A stretch of DNA of 60,709 nucleotides from contig NW_021832424.1 of NCBI RefSeq assembly GCF_006345805.1, positions 1 to 60,709 on the forward strand. Reading direction: 5' to 3'. Numbering within the stretch: position 1 is the first letter of the stretch; every line of letters starts with the position of its first letter. Below are positions 1 to 12,125 of the stretch, piece by piece. A model generated the notes under the pieces. The model had not been told where the DNA came from. It saw nothing but the letters and a program-made list of their open reading frames with translations, and searched no databases. Position numbers and translations under genes: made by a program. Source of the stretch: Octopus sinensis (taxonomy: Eukaryota).

Positions 1-54
1 ATAGAGAAAATTTTTCTCAGATTACATAGACTTGATTGTTCATCTGAAATTTTT

Positions 55-183
55 AGTCTCTCTTCTTGTTTTCACATGTATACATGTATTTTTATTTTGT
101 ACATTAAAATCTAAATGTTATCCGTTGTGTGAATCCCTCTCTTTCTCCCCTTTCTTTCTCTCTCTTTCTCTCTTCGCTATAAG

Positions 184-253
<70 letters not shown>

Positions 254-681
254 TGTATGCGGAAGAATGGAGTTGGTCTTGTGGTTTGCATCTCGAGGAC
301 CGAATGTACTGAAGAAGTCACGGACACTTGAATTATGCAAGTAATTCTTTTGTTAGGACCGAAACCGAGGTATGCATTTAAGTCTGTTTTTTATTTAATT
401 TTTCATATGTCCTGCCCGCCAAATTTGGTTCTGGTGTTCGCTGAATTCTTCCTCTAGAGATTTCCCTTGTAGTTGATCGTTTATGATCTATTTCTAGCAT
501 TCTGCCGCCGGGCTACCTAGCAGGCCAGCCCTGCCAATATACACATATATTTGAATTTTCTCTGACTCCTCAGATTTTTTGAATGCTGGACTACTGTTTT
601 TAAAGTGATATTAAAATTAATATTAATTTATCTCCCTCAATTTTAAATATTTATATATATATATATATAATATATATATTA

Positions 682-718
<37 letters not shown>

Positions 719-850
719 TACTTATAGCGAAAGAGAGAAAGAGAGAGAAACAGAAGGGAGAAACAGAGGGATTCACACAACAGATAAAATTTTAGATTTT
801 AATGTACAAAATAAAATATACATGTATACATGTGAAACAAGAAGAGACAC
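55..850. repeat. Inverted pair of a ~130-bp repeat (55-183 and 721-850), each running into (TA)n
   Basis: Reverse complement of 721-850 aligns by eye with 55-183 (tcttcttgtt..cacatgtatacatgta..gtgtgaatccctct..cgctataag). (TA)n tracts at ~184-250 and ~652-720 lie inside the arms. Confidence 0.85.
303..378 (+). ncRNA. Type I hammerhead ribozyme motif
   Basis: aatgta-CTGAAGA-agtc...gacc-GAAAC-cgag-GTA-tgcatt. Stem I 6 bp (one G-U). Stem II has an A.C mismatch at its base and an inner gaattat/gtaattc hairpin with a GCAA loop. Confidence 0.7.
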
Positions 851-932
851 TTTTCTAGGTTTACGCCACGCCGATAGCGTGTGTGTGTGTGTGTGTGGTG
901 TTTGTGTGTGTGTGTCTGTGTGTCTGTGTGTG

Positions 933-973
<41 letters not shown>

Positions 974-1035
974 CTACCACACAGACACACAGACACACAC
1001 ACACATACACGCTATCGGCGTAAACCTAGAAAAGT
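849..1035. repeat. Foldback element with (GT)n/(AC)n arms around a (TA)n centre
   Basis: acttttctaggtttacgcc..gatagcgtgt at left; acacgctatcggcgtaaacctagaaaagt at right is its reverse complement. Confidence 0.8.
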
Positions 1036-1545
1036 TTTAAGGATGGCATAAAGACTAGTATGAAGTCACTGGGAATGGTTCCAAAAGATATAGAAACCCT
1101 TGCTTCGGATCGAGTTGAATGGCGAACAAAGGTGTGGAGTGGGGTGAAAGCATTTGAAGAGGCCAGGATAACACAAGTAAGACACAAAAGAGATCTAAAG
1201 AAAAATGTAACGATCGAGAAGGTGAATGACAACGACCTTTTTTGTGTGCACCGTCTGTGACAGACCATGTCTGTCATTTGCTGGCCTCAAATACCATCTG
1301 CAAACGCATGGGAAACAAACATCCACCAATTATTTGCCTATACGTCTATGCACATCTTTGAATGCAGTGTATTGCAGAATGTTTGCAAATCCAGCGGAGG
1401 CTGCATGTGACATTTTTAGGTCCACAAATAACAGAACTTATCTGCAATCTTGGTGGTTTGAATCGGAGGTGCAATCTATGTGAGTGTCTTTTCAGAACAT
1501 TCTCAGGTTTAAAAAGCCTCATCAATTGCCATGATGTTACTAAGG
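1034..1545 (+). mobile_element. RTE-clade LINE 3' fragment with two C2H2 zinc-finger remnants
   Basis: FKDGIKTSMKSLGMVPKDIETLASDRVEWRTKVWSGVKAFEEAR matches the RTE C-terminal pattern (FKD.LK..LK...W...A.DR..WR). It is followed by CTVCDRPCLSFAGLKYHLQTH and CNLCECLFRTFSGLKSL in other frames. Confidence 0.75.
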
Positions 1546-1843
1546 TGTAGGTACAGGAGGTGGTCCAACTCTGCATAAGAAGTAGACAACCATCATATAT
1601 ATACATATGTAATCAATGCGAAAAACGCAGAGGAAAAGAAAAAGAAGAAAACAGAAAACAAACAAACGTGTGGCCGTGCATTGGTAAGACACTCAGAGGA
1701 GTAGTTTTGCGTTTCGAACATAGCTCTTATTCGGAAAAAACAGAGAAGTCGAAGATGAAGGAGGATGGAAAATCGCCAACAACGACGGGCAGTTACCTTT
1801 TTGATATTTATACATACACGCACACACATACATACACACATAC

Positions 1844-1844
<1 letters not shown>

Positions 1845-1922
<78 letters not shown>

Positions 1923-1941
1923 CAGATAGATAGATAGATAA

Positions 1942-1985
<44 letters not shown>
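1845..1985. repeat. (GATA)n microsatellite
   Basis: Near-pure gata tandem. Confidence 0.95.
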
Positions 1986-2752
1986 ATGAGTGTCTGTCTC
2001 TTTCTTTCTGTGTATATACACATACATTCACACGCACACAAGCATACGCACACACAGCTGAAGCATGGCCGCAACTAGATGGTTGAAATGTATAAAAATG
2101 AACAAAAAAAAAATGAATATAAACTTATCTCTATCTATCTATCCATCTATCTATCTGTCTATCTGTCTGTCTGACTGTCTGTCTGTCTGTCTATTTATCT
2201 TTTTATCTTACTGCGTGTATATATTTATATATGTGTATATATAAGATATATATATGTATATATATATATATTATATATATATAATATATATATATATATG
2301 TATGTATGTATACACATGTATGTATATATAATATATATAGCAAAGTGAAGTTGTAAGGTACCACACGAGTGGAAATATGTATGAAAGAATCCGGAACCAT
2401 GTGGTTCGTAAGCAAGCTACTTACCACACAGCCACTCCTACACCTATATATAAAATTTCCAGGATTCAAGAGAATCGGATACTTGAATAGTGAAACCACC
2501 AATGCAAGGTCGGTGATAGGGTTATTGTGTACAAACTATATTTAAGGCCAACTACGTACTTACAAGAGTAAACACAGAGTTGTACTCAGGTTATACAGAA
2601 ATGTTTACATGTATACAGAAATGTTTGACCGAATATACAACGAGTGATCAAGTCGCACATGGGTAAACACAATTTGTGTCACTAGATTCATATGGCACTA
2701 TTTAATGTAATTGTTCTTGAGAAGTTCTAAATATTTAATTCTTACTTGTATT

Positions 2753-2844
2753 CACCTGGTGAAAACATTTTTTTTCTTTTTTGCATGATGTAACACTTCA
2801 GTTCATCAACAAAAACAAAACACGTCTGAAACAGCTGTAGTGTA
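2753..2844 (+). ncRNA. Decayed type I hammerhead motif with long stem II
   Basis: cac-CTGGTGA (A6G)-degenerate long hairpin-GAAAC-agct-GTA-gtg. The left arm of stem II looks like a transition-decayed complement of catcaacaaaaacaaaacacgtct. Confidence 0.45.
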
Positions 2845-2856
2845 CTACAATCCATC

Positions 2857-2900
<44 letters not shown>

Positions 2901-3295
2901 ATTTTGAAATTAGCTATTTCATCTTTAATATGAAAATTAATTTATTAGGTTTTTTATTATATGTGCACATATATTTATTTATAGAGATTATTTTAGATCT
3001 TAATTATAATATTTATATACATTATATATTTTCATTGATAATTTATATATAATAGTCATTTTTAAATATTTATGTATTAGACATAGATTAATACCGATAT
3101 TAGATTATTGGTGGGTTTCCAACCTTATAAATTAAAATTAATATTTAACATTATAGTCGATTTTGATATAATCATAATTGTTAAGTTTTATGTTTCTAGT
3201 TTGATAATAGAGTTTATTATAAGTAATATTATTATATTATTTATATCTTAAAAGTATTGTTTAAATATTTCTGATTATTTTTTAGATATTTCAAT

Positions 3296-3390
3296 TAACC
3301 TGAAGACTGACTGTAACCATAACTCGAATTATAAAATGAATTTAAATTATTGTTATTCGAATTGTACAGCCATGAAACGATCGTAGTGTT
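3296..3390 (+). ncRNA. Partly decayed type I hammerhead motif
   Basis: ac-CTGAAGA-ctgactgta...tacagccat-GAAAC-gatc-GTA-gt. Palindromic stem III (ACGATCGT); weak stem I. Confidence 0.55.
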
Positions 3391-4097
3391 TTACTCTTTA
3401 TCTTTTATTAAACTTTTAATACTTTTGATATATATTTAAAATAATATAAATTAAATTAATTTTATGTATTGGCTTATGTTTTTCATTGTTTGATTTGCCT
3501 AATAGTTGTTTTATCTCTAATTTAATATAATATAATATATTTATACTATAAAATTGGATTTAATCCTAAATCTGATTTTTCCCTGTAAGTTTGGATTTAT
3601 TCCCTAATATTTTATTATATATATATATTACCCCGAATGCTTATTTAATGCGTAGATGACCACCATATCCTAATTCCAATTTGAAGATATGAAGACAGAG
3701 AAAAGGTTCTGTGTATACCACGCCAGAACGCTAAAAGTTTTACCAGTTAGATTTGATATTCAGAGAATAATTTAAGCATGTTTCGACGGTGGCAACATTT
3801 ATTTTCTAAGTTGTTTCGTGTACTATAAAACAGCAAAACCATAGGAGAGAGCGATCCACTCTGTATGTATCCGTGTCAGTGCGTGTGTGTGTGTGTGCAT
3901 GTGTGTCTGTATGTATCTGTGTGATTGTGTGTATATACGTATGTGCGTGAGTGTGAGTGTAAGAATATGTGCGTATGTATACATACGTATATATATATAT
4001 GTGTGTGTGTGTGTATAAATATGTATACATACATATATACATATCTAGATAGATATATAATATACATATATATATATATGCATATAGATATATATCA

Positions 4098-4174
<77 letters not shown>

Positions 4175-4796
4175 TACATATACATATATACATATATACA
4201 TATATACATATCTAGATATAATTTAGAATCAATCCCTCCCTCACAACTGGTGTTTTATACCACGCCGATCTCACAGGCGTTGCTGAGTGCTTTGGATAAG
4301 TTCGTGGTACAAAACCTCCGAAGAACTACAATCACATACGCACGCACGCACACACATACATACACACAGAGAGAGATTCATGCGCGCGTGGGCGAATTTT
4401 ATATCAGTTCATATCAAAAGAGAAATGATGTCTGTATTTGGTGATGATATAAAGAATTACCATTCGACTTTTCATAAAGCTGTTGACGTTTAAAACAGCT
4501 GCATCACTCACCCTGGATGGTAGCGTGTCACTGGACATTTTGAAAGGGAAAATATAAGCAACACTTGTCTGCCAGGACAGAAGAAATCAGTTGCGTGGGA
4601 ATGGCCAACTATCAATTATGCGGTGCTGAGTGTTGTCCTTTTAGATTGCATCATTTAATCCTTAGCAACTCGTGCACCCAGTATTTCTCTTCAGATATAT
4701 TGAGTTTCCAGTTCCTGAGACCCGTGGTAGACAAAATTCTTGAGTGCGAGGGCAATCCAAAAGGGTTTAAATCGATCTTGGCCATAGCCATATGTA

Positions 4797-4841
<45 letters not shown>

Positions 4842-4987
4842 ACACATATATATGTATGTATGGACGTATTTATATGATATATATATATATATATTTATTT
4901 ATATATATTACACATATATATATGTGTGTATATATATATTATATATATTATAAATATATACATATATATATATATGCCTATATATAT

Positions 4988-5043
<56 letters not shown>

Positions 5044-5049
5044 AATTAA

Positions 5050-5186
5050 AGGTATCTAAAAGATACCACCATCCTCGAGATAGCAGTCTAAACTTGACTC
5101 TAAAACCTGCTGTATGAATACTTGATGTGGTTTTAGAGTCAAGTTTTGACTACTATCTCTAGCATGGTGGTATCTTTTAGATACCC
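5050..5186. mobile_element. 137-bp palindromic MITE with TTAA flanks (Kolobok-like ends)
   Basis: ~57-bp inverted arms (ggtatctaaaagataccaccat..gactctaaaacc). TTAA at 5046-5049 and 5187-5190. Termini AG..CC. Confidence 0.7.
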
Positions 5187-5191
5187 TTAAA

Positions 5192-5234
<43 letters not shown>

Positions 5235-5339
5235 ATATATGTATATATAGGGAGAGTTTACGAAAACAACAAAAGACAAAGACATGTGGTGTACCAAACA
5301 AACAGATGTATTAGTATAACGCTCAGGAATAGAAAAAGT

Positions 5340-5375
5340 CTTTTACGTTTCAAGCCTACGCTCTTCTACAGAAAG
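5340..5375 (-). ncRNA. Minimal hammerhead-like motif, A6U core variant (copy 1 of 3)
   Basis: Minus strand cttt-CTGTAGA-a-GAGC-gtag-GCTT-GAAAC-GTA-aaag, inside a ~200-bp repeat (~5228-5420) whose 3' end abuts (TA)n. Confidence 0.6.
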
Positions 5376-5744
5376 GGAAAAAGAAAAAACAAGGAGAGAA
5401 ACAAGGACGGAAAAAAGTGTATAAATAAATTTTAATAATAATTATTACCTAAAAGGTTTTTATTCGGATGCTCGCCACTTTATATGATCGGTACTTTAAA
5501 TAACGATATTTTCTTTATTTATATAAATTTATACAAACATATATATATATATGAGTGTGTGTGTGTATGTGTGTGTGTGTGTGTATGAATACATGTAATT
5601 GTATGTATGCATGTATGTATGTATCTGTCTATCTATCTATCTAACTATATCAATATAGAGAAATAGACAAATATAGATATATAAAGGAGGCGAGGGGGAG
5701 AAAAAGGTAAAACAGTGTGATAGATTTGTAAGATGATACAGTTA

Positions 5745-6104
5745 TATATGGCATAGAGGTTAAGAGCGTGGGCTACTACTAACCCCAAGATACCGAGTTC
5801 GATTCCAGGCCGTGACCTGAATACTACTACTAATAATAATAATAATAATAGAAGAAGAAGAAGAAGAAGAAGAAGAAGAAGAAGAAGAAGAAGAAGAAGA
5901 AGAAGAAGAACAACAACAACAACAACACAACAACAACAACAACAACAACAAAATCGAAAAAAGCCTTAGGAATGAGAACCTAGGTTCGAAATTTCACCAA
6001 GACACCTGATGAAGGCTGGAGGGTATATCAGGCGAAACGTTGTGTTAACAAGAAAGAAGGTATGGACAAATATCCGTCAAATGTAAATAATGTAAATAGT
6101 GTAC
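5745..6104 (+). mobile_element. tRNA-headed SINE with triplet-repeat linker and hammerhead-bearing tail
   Basis: A box TGGCATAGAGG, B box GAGTTCGATTCC, then (AAT/GAA/CAA)n, then a tail shared with 46572-46720 and 47105-47290. Confidence 0.8.
6001..6046 (+). ncRNA. Minimal type I hammerhead motif in SINE tail
   Basis: gacac-CTGATGA-a-GGCTG-gagggtatat-CAGGC-GAAAC-GTT-gtgtt. One stem II mismatch; loopless ACGT stem III. Confidence 0.7.
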
Positions 6105-7070
6105 GAAAGATGATGTTAAAAATTAATGCGAAAAGTGGGTGTAACACGACTGCAGAGGTGAAAGTTGATAAAATAAAAGTTAGAAATGTTCTGAGGTCCA
6201 TCCAATCTGCAGAAGTTATCCTCATATCTGGGACCAGACTTTATTGCTTGTAGAGGGTGCTTTGTTTAGAAAAAGAAGGTAAATGAAACTTTGAAATGTT
6301 AAAGGTAACCAACGCGTCATGTTGAGATGTTTAAACCGGACCGCAGATTAAGTTCACTAACCCAAAACGAGAAATGATTCCACTAAGGTGCTTCCAATCC
6401 GTTTCCGTTTATCAGAAATTTCCAGGATACGGTCAACACAAAACTGTCATAGAAGACACCGGTACCTGCAGAAACTGAACGCCGGAACTACATAATTGTA
6501 ATGCGAAATACCCAACCACACAGCCATGCCTGTACTCCAGCCTAAGATATAGCGTTTACGGATAATTTATGAGAATGTGGAGGTGATTGAAATGATGACA
6601 GTGAGAGAGACACACACGGGAGACAGAGAGATTGAAATGGAACCGATAGAGACAGAGACAGATGGGCTGAGAATGAGTGGGATGGACAGAGCCAGATATA
6701 GCAAAACGGTAACCGGTTAGAGTACAAAAGTGATATTTAGGGAGATATGATTAAGATATAAAAACTTGGTAATAGTTCTACTCAGCAAAATGTTCTACTT
6801 TACTAAAAGCCCTTCGAAAACGTAGCAATAATCGAAACAATTAGTTTACTTGGGTCAACACAGTCACATGGAATGCAGCTTTAGAAACGTATACGCGTCT
6901 GGTGTGTATATTACAATTTTCTTTTGTTCATGCTTCTTTTACACTTTCCAATATGTGTGTGTATTTATGAGAGATACATAGACTCTGCGTGCATGTGTGA
7001 ATGTGTTTGTGTGAAATGGAAGTAAAATGTGGGTAAAATTAATGTATATGATATAATATGAACTTTTTTT

Positions 7071-7300
7071 TTATCTTTTATCTTTTACTTGTTTCAGTCA
7101 TTTGACTGCGGCCATGATGGAGGACCGCCTTTAGTCGAGCAAATCGACCCCGGGACTTATTCTTTGTAAGCCCAGTACTTATTCTATCGGTCTCTTTTGC
7201 CGAACCGCTAAGTGACGGGGACGTAAACACACCAGCATCGGTTGTCAAGCAATGCTAGGGGGACAAACACAGACACACAAACACACACACATACACACAT

Positions 7301-7376
<76 letters not shown>

Positions 7377-7546
7377 CATATATACGACAGGCTTCTTTCA
7401 GTTTCCGTCAACCAAATTCACTAACAAGGCATTGGTCGGCCCGGGCTATAGCAGAAGACACTTGCCCAAGATGCCACGCAGTGGGACTGAACCCGGAACC
7501 ATGTGGCTGGTTAGCAAGCTACTTACCACACATCCACTCCTGCGCC
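7071..7546 (-). mobile_element. tRNA-derived SINE, family B (near full length, internal microsatellite)
   Basis: Minus-strand head ggcgcaggagtggatgtgtggtaag..ccgggttcagtccc. Related fragments at ~2385-2445, 14340-14480, 17915-18075, 29610-29770 and 32510-32635. Confidence 0.8.
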
Positions 7547-7808
7547 TATGTATAATTGTGCGTGAATGTGCGTGTGTGCGCGCGCACGTAAATTTATGCG
7601 CGTGTAGTTGTCTCTTCGTGCGCCTACGTGTATGTCTGACTGACTGTGAGTGTTCGATTTATGAGTTGTGAGTTTGTGTGTGCGCGCGTACGTATGTATA
7701 TGTATACATCCATGTGAGATCTGAGCGTGAGCATGTATATACGTATATGCGATGTATGTATGCGTGTGTGTGTGTATGAATATATATATATATATGTATA
7801 TATATATA

Positions 7809-8023
7809 TTTCTTTACTACCCACAAGGGGCTAAACACAGAGGAGACAAACAAGGACAGACAAATGGATTAAGTCGACTACATCGACCCCAGTGCGTAAC
7901 TGGTACTTAATTTATCGACCCCGAAAGGATGAAAGGCAAAGTCGACCTCGGCGGAATTTGAACTCGGAACGTAACGACAGACGAAATACGGTTACGAATT
8001 TCGCCCAGCGTGCTAACGTTTCT
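7809..8023 (-). mobile_element. tRNA-derived SINE, family A
   Basis: B box GAGTTCAAATTCC, central gcctttcatcctttcggggtcgataaattaagtaccag, tail ending gtagtaaagaaa. Many other copies in the window. Confidence 0.85.
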
Positions 8024-8113
8024 ACATATATATATGTGTGTGTGTGTGTATATGTATGAGTATATATGTATATATATATATATATACAAATATATATATA
8101 TATATATATAATA

Positions 8114-8155
<42 letters not shown>

Positions 8156-8459
8156 ATATGTATGTATGTATGAGTATATATGAGTGCATGCATGTAGGTG
8201 TGGGTGTGCGCGCACACAGGTACATGTTTATGTCTGTGTGTTGTGTCCATTAATGAAGGAAGAGCAAGCTTTTAAAGAATCAGTAGAAAAATAGAAAAAG
8301 AAGAAGAAGAAGAAGAAAGATAGGAGAAAAATATGAAAGAAATGAGAGAAAAGAAAAAGTACAGAGAAAGTGAAAGTGAAAGTAAGGAAGATAAAAAAAC
8401 AAAACGCAACAAATAATTACAAAAATATCTAAAGCCAAAAAGTAACTAAAACTAAAATA

Positions 8460-9190
<731 letters not shown>

Positions 9191-9658
9191 TTAACTTACA
9201 AGTGTCTTGATGAAAACGTGGAGCCAACAAAAAGGTAGTGTGTGATTCCAGCAGGGGACGATTAACAAATGGTACATGGACACAAGTTATGTGTGTGTGT
9301 TTGTTAGTTTGCATGTGAGAAAGTGAGGGAGAGAGAGAGAGAGAGAGGAAAAGAGATATGTTGGCAACGAAAATAGACAGCAGCAACACCGCCAGCAGCA
9401 GCAACAACAACAGCTACGGTAGCGATTTATAACGCAGCAGCAGCAGCAGCAGCATCGGTTGGTACAGTGACAGTGGTGGTGGGGAGGGAGAGATGGTGAC
9501 GGCAGTAGCCTGTAATACTATATCGTCAAACCCGTTTATCAAAGCCGTGACACCACTATCATTGTCATCGACGTTATCTTAACGTCCACACTGCCATCAC
9601 CGTCGACGCGATCTTTACTAGTGATGTAATCGTTTCAAAGACACAAAACCCTTTACGT

Positions 9659-9702
<44 letters not shown>

Positions 9703-9758
9703 TTATCTCTCACTTAACTTTCCACTTCCTAACACCTCACTGTCAACGTATCAATCAC

Positions 9759-9817
<59 letters not shown>

Positions 9818-9976
9818 CGCAATAGATCGATCTAATCATCTATTTATCTATGTATATATCTATTTGTCTATCTATCTAACCGTCAATCTATTTACTTTCC
9901 GTTTGTCTGCCTATCTCTCTATCCACCAACCTTTCTACCTCTCTCTTTCTCTCTCTGTATATATATATATATATAT

Positions 9977-10032
<56 letters not shown>

Positions 10033-10289
10033 GTCTGTCTGTCAATCTATCTCTTTATCCATCTGCCATGCTATCTCTCGATCTCTCTATTTATCTAGCC
10101 ATCTGTTTCGCTTTTTATCTCCACTGTGTAAGGAGGCTGGATATTTTTTCAAACATGCATACAAGTTTATGTCATCTCTCTCTCCAACCCTCTCTCCTCC
10201 TTCTCTCTCCCTCCCCTTTCCCGTCCTCTCTCCTCTCTCACAACTTCCCTTCCTCTCTCCCATCTTATTCCCCCCCTCTCTCTCCCTCG

Positions 10290-10620
10290 CTCGGACTCTT
10301 TCATATCGCACTAATGCTGCACAGGTTGACGGGCCTTTTTCTGTCCTTCACCCTATCAACTCCGGTGGACCCCACAATTCGCCTTTGTCCCTCATTTCCG
10401 TCTTTCAATACATCAACCACTTACCACCGCCTTCAACACTTACACTGTCCTAACATTCTCCAGCCATGAATCATTAACTCTCAGACTACACACCACACAC
10501 CAAACAAACGCCGACTCTGTAAGGAGAAACCCCGAAAACACCAATTTCACGTCTTTTTCAGCTGCAAGAACACCCCAACGTTACTCATTTCAAGAAAATA
10601 TCATTGCACTCCATCTTAAT
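10290..10620 (+). mobile_element. Decayed, internally deleted LINE (CR1/Jockey-group RT motif plus CCHC knuckle)
   Basis: VDGPFSVLHPINSGGPHNSPLSLISVFQYIN resembles V.G..S....I.SGVPQGS.LSP.LF..YIN. Downstream RLCKEKP..HVFFSC is split by a frameshift. Confidence 0.5.
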
Positions 10621-10810
10621 TATGACTTGCACTCAATCAGAGTTTTCAAAATCGCCTCAGCTGCTGGGAACCAAGAGTTGTTGTGTCCCTCTATAACAGA
10701 TGATCTCTTTTTGTAAAAGAGGATCCTTGCATCACAACGGTCGACACCCCCCCGCCCCACTTTTCAAAGCTGGAAGATATTTCAGCGTCCAATGACTGTT
10801 GAAATTCTAT

Positions 10811-10849
<39 letters not shown>

Positions 10850-11450
10850 CATATGAGCGAATGCGTGAGTGTGTGTATGTGTGTATGTGTGTGTTTGTGC
10901 GTGTGTGTGCTTGCGTGTACCTATGAGTGCTCGAAATGAGGAGTATATAGACAGCAGACAACTGATGAAGGGTCGCTCTCTGTGTTTGCTTGTCCTGTTT
11001 TCTCTTCTTGTTTTCATTTTCTCTTCCTCTTTCTTTCCTTCTTCTTTTCTCACCTTTTCCTTTGACCTCTCTCCTCATTTTAACATACACATCTCTTCTC
11101 CCCTCTCTATCCACTTAATATTACCACTACATTCTGACGTTTTCACTCACACCACAAGACTCCTTTGAATGAATAGCACATGGACTCTACACATTTCCAC
11201 ACATTCCATTTGTGATGGCAATATATGAACTCCTATTGGAATTTACATACCACTGGCAGGAAACATTTCTACCACTTCTACACGCCACTTTCCTTGGATA
11301 ATGAAACTGCAACTATACTATCTTTATACATTTTTACTTTTATTTTTACATTCACTCTCCTATTTCCCTATATACTCCTTATTTGCTTCCTTTTCCAAAA
11401 TATCTTCACATATTGAACTCTAACACTTCCCTCCAGCCATCTGACATCAT

Positions 11451-11494
11451 CTCTGATGAAGGGATATCCCTAATATCTCAGAAATAGCTCTAAG
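11451..11494 (+). ncRNA. Decayed type I hammerhead motif
   Basis: ct-CTGATGA-a-GGGATAT-cccta-ATATCTC-a-GAAAT-agct-CTA-ag. Good stem II; broken stem III. Confidence 0.5.
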
Positions 11495-11765
11495 CCTCAC
11501 CTTCTCATTATAAATGTCCTGAAAATTTCACATAGCCTTGACTTTGTTGTCTCATTTTATTTAACACACACACACACAGACATACACACACGCATTATAT
11601 ATACAAGAATACATATACACACACATATATACACACACTCACGCACGCACGCTCACATAAACATATACATGGGCGCACACACACATACACATATATCAAT
11701 ATTAATAATAAGGATTACGAAGTGGCATAGCATTACCTTTAATTCGTTCTATATATATACACCTT

Positions 11766-11816
<51 letters not shown>

Positions 11817-11992
11817 ATTTACATGTTTTTGTGTGTCTGCATGCATATATGCATGTTTATATATATATGTGCATATCTTCAAGCCATACTGCAGTAGATG
11901 CATAATTCCATAGCCTTACAACTTGGTTTGATTTCGCAATAAAAGTTCCAACCATTAATTTCATGATGCCTTAGGAAAGTCACATTTTGCAG

Positions 11993-12125
11993 GTACAAGA
12001 CAGGACTAACCTATCCTGTGATTGACTTCATGATTCCTATGGGAGAGGAAGATGGCTGTGAAAAGTATTTCGACTACAGATGGGATATGGAAGGATTAGT
12101 GTTAGATCCTCTGTATCCCAGCTGA
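11993..12125 (+). CDS. Candidate terminal coding exon of an unidentified gene
   Basis: Acceptor cattttgcAG, then phase-2 frame YKTGLTYPVIDFMIPMGEEDGCEKYFDYRWDMEGLVLDPLYPS-stop. High-complexity, protein-like composition; matches no repeat I recognise. Confidence 0.45.

Noticed and set aside
5745-5820. tRNA gene calls for SINE heads (also 27855, 41753, 44932, 46760-46835)
   Set aside because: A and B boxes are present but there is no complete cloverleaf, and each runs into a repeat body.
9203-9234. Possible 32-nt upstream exon (CLDENVEPTK) in phase with the 11993 exon
   Set aside because: Weak AAG acceptor without a pyrimidine tract; phase agreement alone has a one-in-three chance.
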